Shown here piece by piece: positions 62,610 to 64,000 of a stretch of DNA of 64,000 nt. The notes beneath the pieces are model-generated. The model did not search any database. It saw only the letters and a program-made list of their open reading frames with translations, and was not told where the DNA came from. The stretch lies in the NCBI RefSeq assembly GCF_009914755.1, contig NC_060926.1; one strand, written 5' to 3'. How positions within the stretch are numbered: position 1 is the first letter of the stretch; each line of letters opens with the position of its first letter. This DNA comes from the human T2T-CHM13v2.0 reference genome, Homo sapiens. Made by a program: the position numbers and the translations under genes.

Positions 62610-62743
62610 GTTTTTGTTTTTTTTTTAAGGGACAGGGTCTTGCTTTGTTACCCACGCTGGCCTCAAACTTCTGGGCTCAAATAATCCTCCCATCTCAGCC
62701 TTCTGAGTAGCTGGGACTACAGGTATGTGTCACCTTGCCTGGC
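62610..62743 (-). mobile_element. FLAM monomer
   Basis: Poly-T followed by an antisense monomer. Confidence 0.75.
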
Positions 62744-62824
62744 TGAGGTTTTTTCCATTGACAGTGATTTAACCATTGATGACTAGACTGATAAGACTGA
62801 AGTCTTGAATACAGACCCAGTTAA

Positions 62825-63471
<647 letters not shown>

Positions 63472-63588
63472 AGAAAGTCTTTGGGATAACTCTTTAATGT
63501 CTTTATATCTTAATGATCAGTATGAGTATAGTAAGAAATAACCTACCAGTTTTAGATTTCTTGCATGTTTAGAAATAACTGACAGAGG

Positions 63589-63853
63589 GCTGAGGTGGGC
63601 AGATTACGAGGTCAGGAGATCGAGACCATCCTGGGTAACAACCTGAAACCCCGTCTCTACTAAAAATACAAAAAATTAGCCTGGTGTGGTGGTGGGAGCC
63701 TGTAATCCCAGCTACTGGGGAGGCTGAGGCAGGAGAATTGCTTGAATCCGGGAGCTGGAGTTTGCAGTGAGCTGAGATTGCGCCATTGTCCTCCATCTTG
63801 GGCGACAGTGCGAGACTCCATCTCAAAAAAAAAAAAAAAAAAAAAAAGAGAAA
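63589..63853 (+). mobile_element. 5'-truncated Alu (Sc/Y-like)
   Basis: 18-bp TSD agaaataactgacagagg at 63571 and 63854. Confidence 0.9.
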
Positions 63854-64000
63854 AGAAATAACTGACAGAGGTACACAGTTTCCGGGATGGTACTGGAACA
63901 TCTGTTTCAAAAGCATTTTTGAAAGATTTCAACATATGGTAACTTTGGGTTTAGTTTCTTTAAGTGGATATTCCTGAGGTCATAAAAATTGGCATAATGG

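Overview
Primate (human-like/hominoid) genomic DNA, AT-rich and dominated by repeats. It is an internal part of the + strand E3 ubiquitin ligase gene UBR3: six GT-AG exons (26113-26262, 33792-33925, 40767-40877, 46467-46667, 48281-48417, 54759-54844) splice in frame and encode the split RING-H2-like region (CVIC...TCGHxxHxxC...CPLC). The first ~26 kb is one large intron holding a nested retroelement stack. An old, near-full-length antisense L1M is interrupted by a young 5'-inverted (twin-primed) L1PA, two Alu-family elements, an Alu monomer and an MLT2 LTR. The only long ORFs (404 and 420 aa) are L1 ORF2 pieces. The best unexplained signals are: (i) a unique ~300-bp intronic block at 53.3-53.6 kb combining a candidate 132-nt cassette exon, whose inclusion would create a TGA at the junction, with a dense TF-motif cluster (E-box-N9-GATA, octamer, NF-kB-like, CACCC); (ii) a ~140-bp inverted, locally templated copy at 19.9/20.6 kb; (iii) nested palindromes at 58.0-58.2 kb; (iv) a kb-scale L1/L1 inverted repeat created by the twin-primed insertion. 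No prokaryotic-type system (CRISPR, retron etc.) is present. Repeat subfamily names come from recalled consensus features, and repeat boundaries are approximate unless a target-site duplication (TSD) is given.
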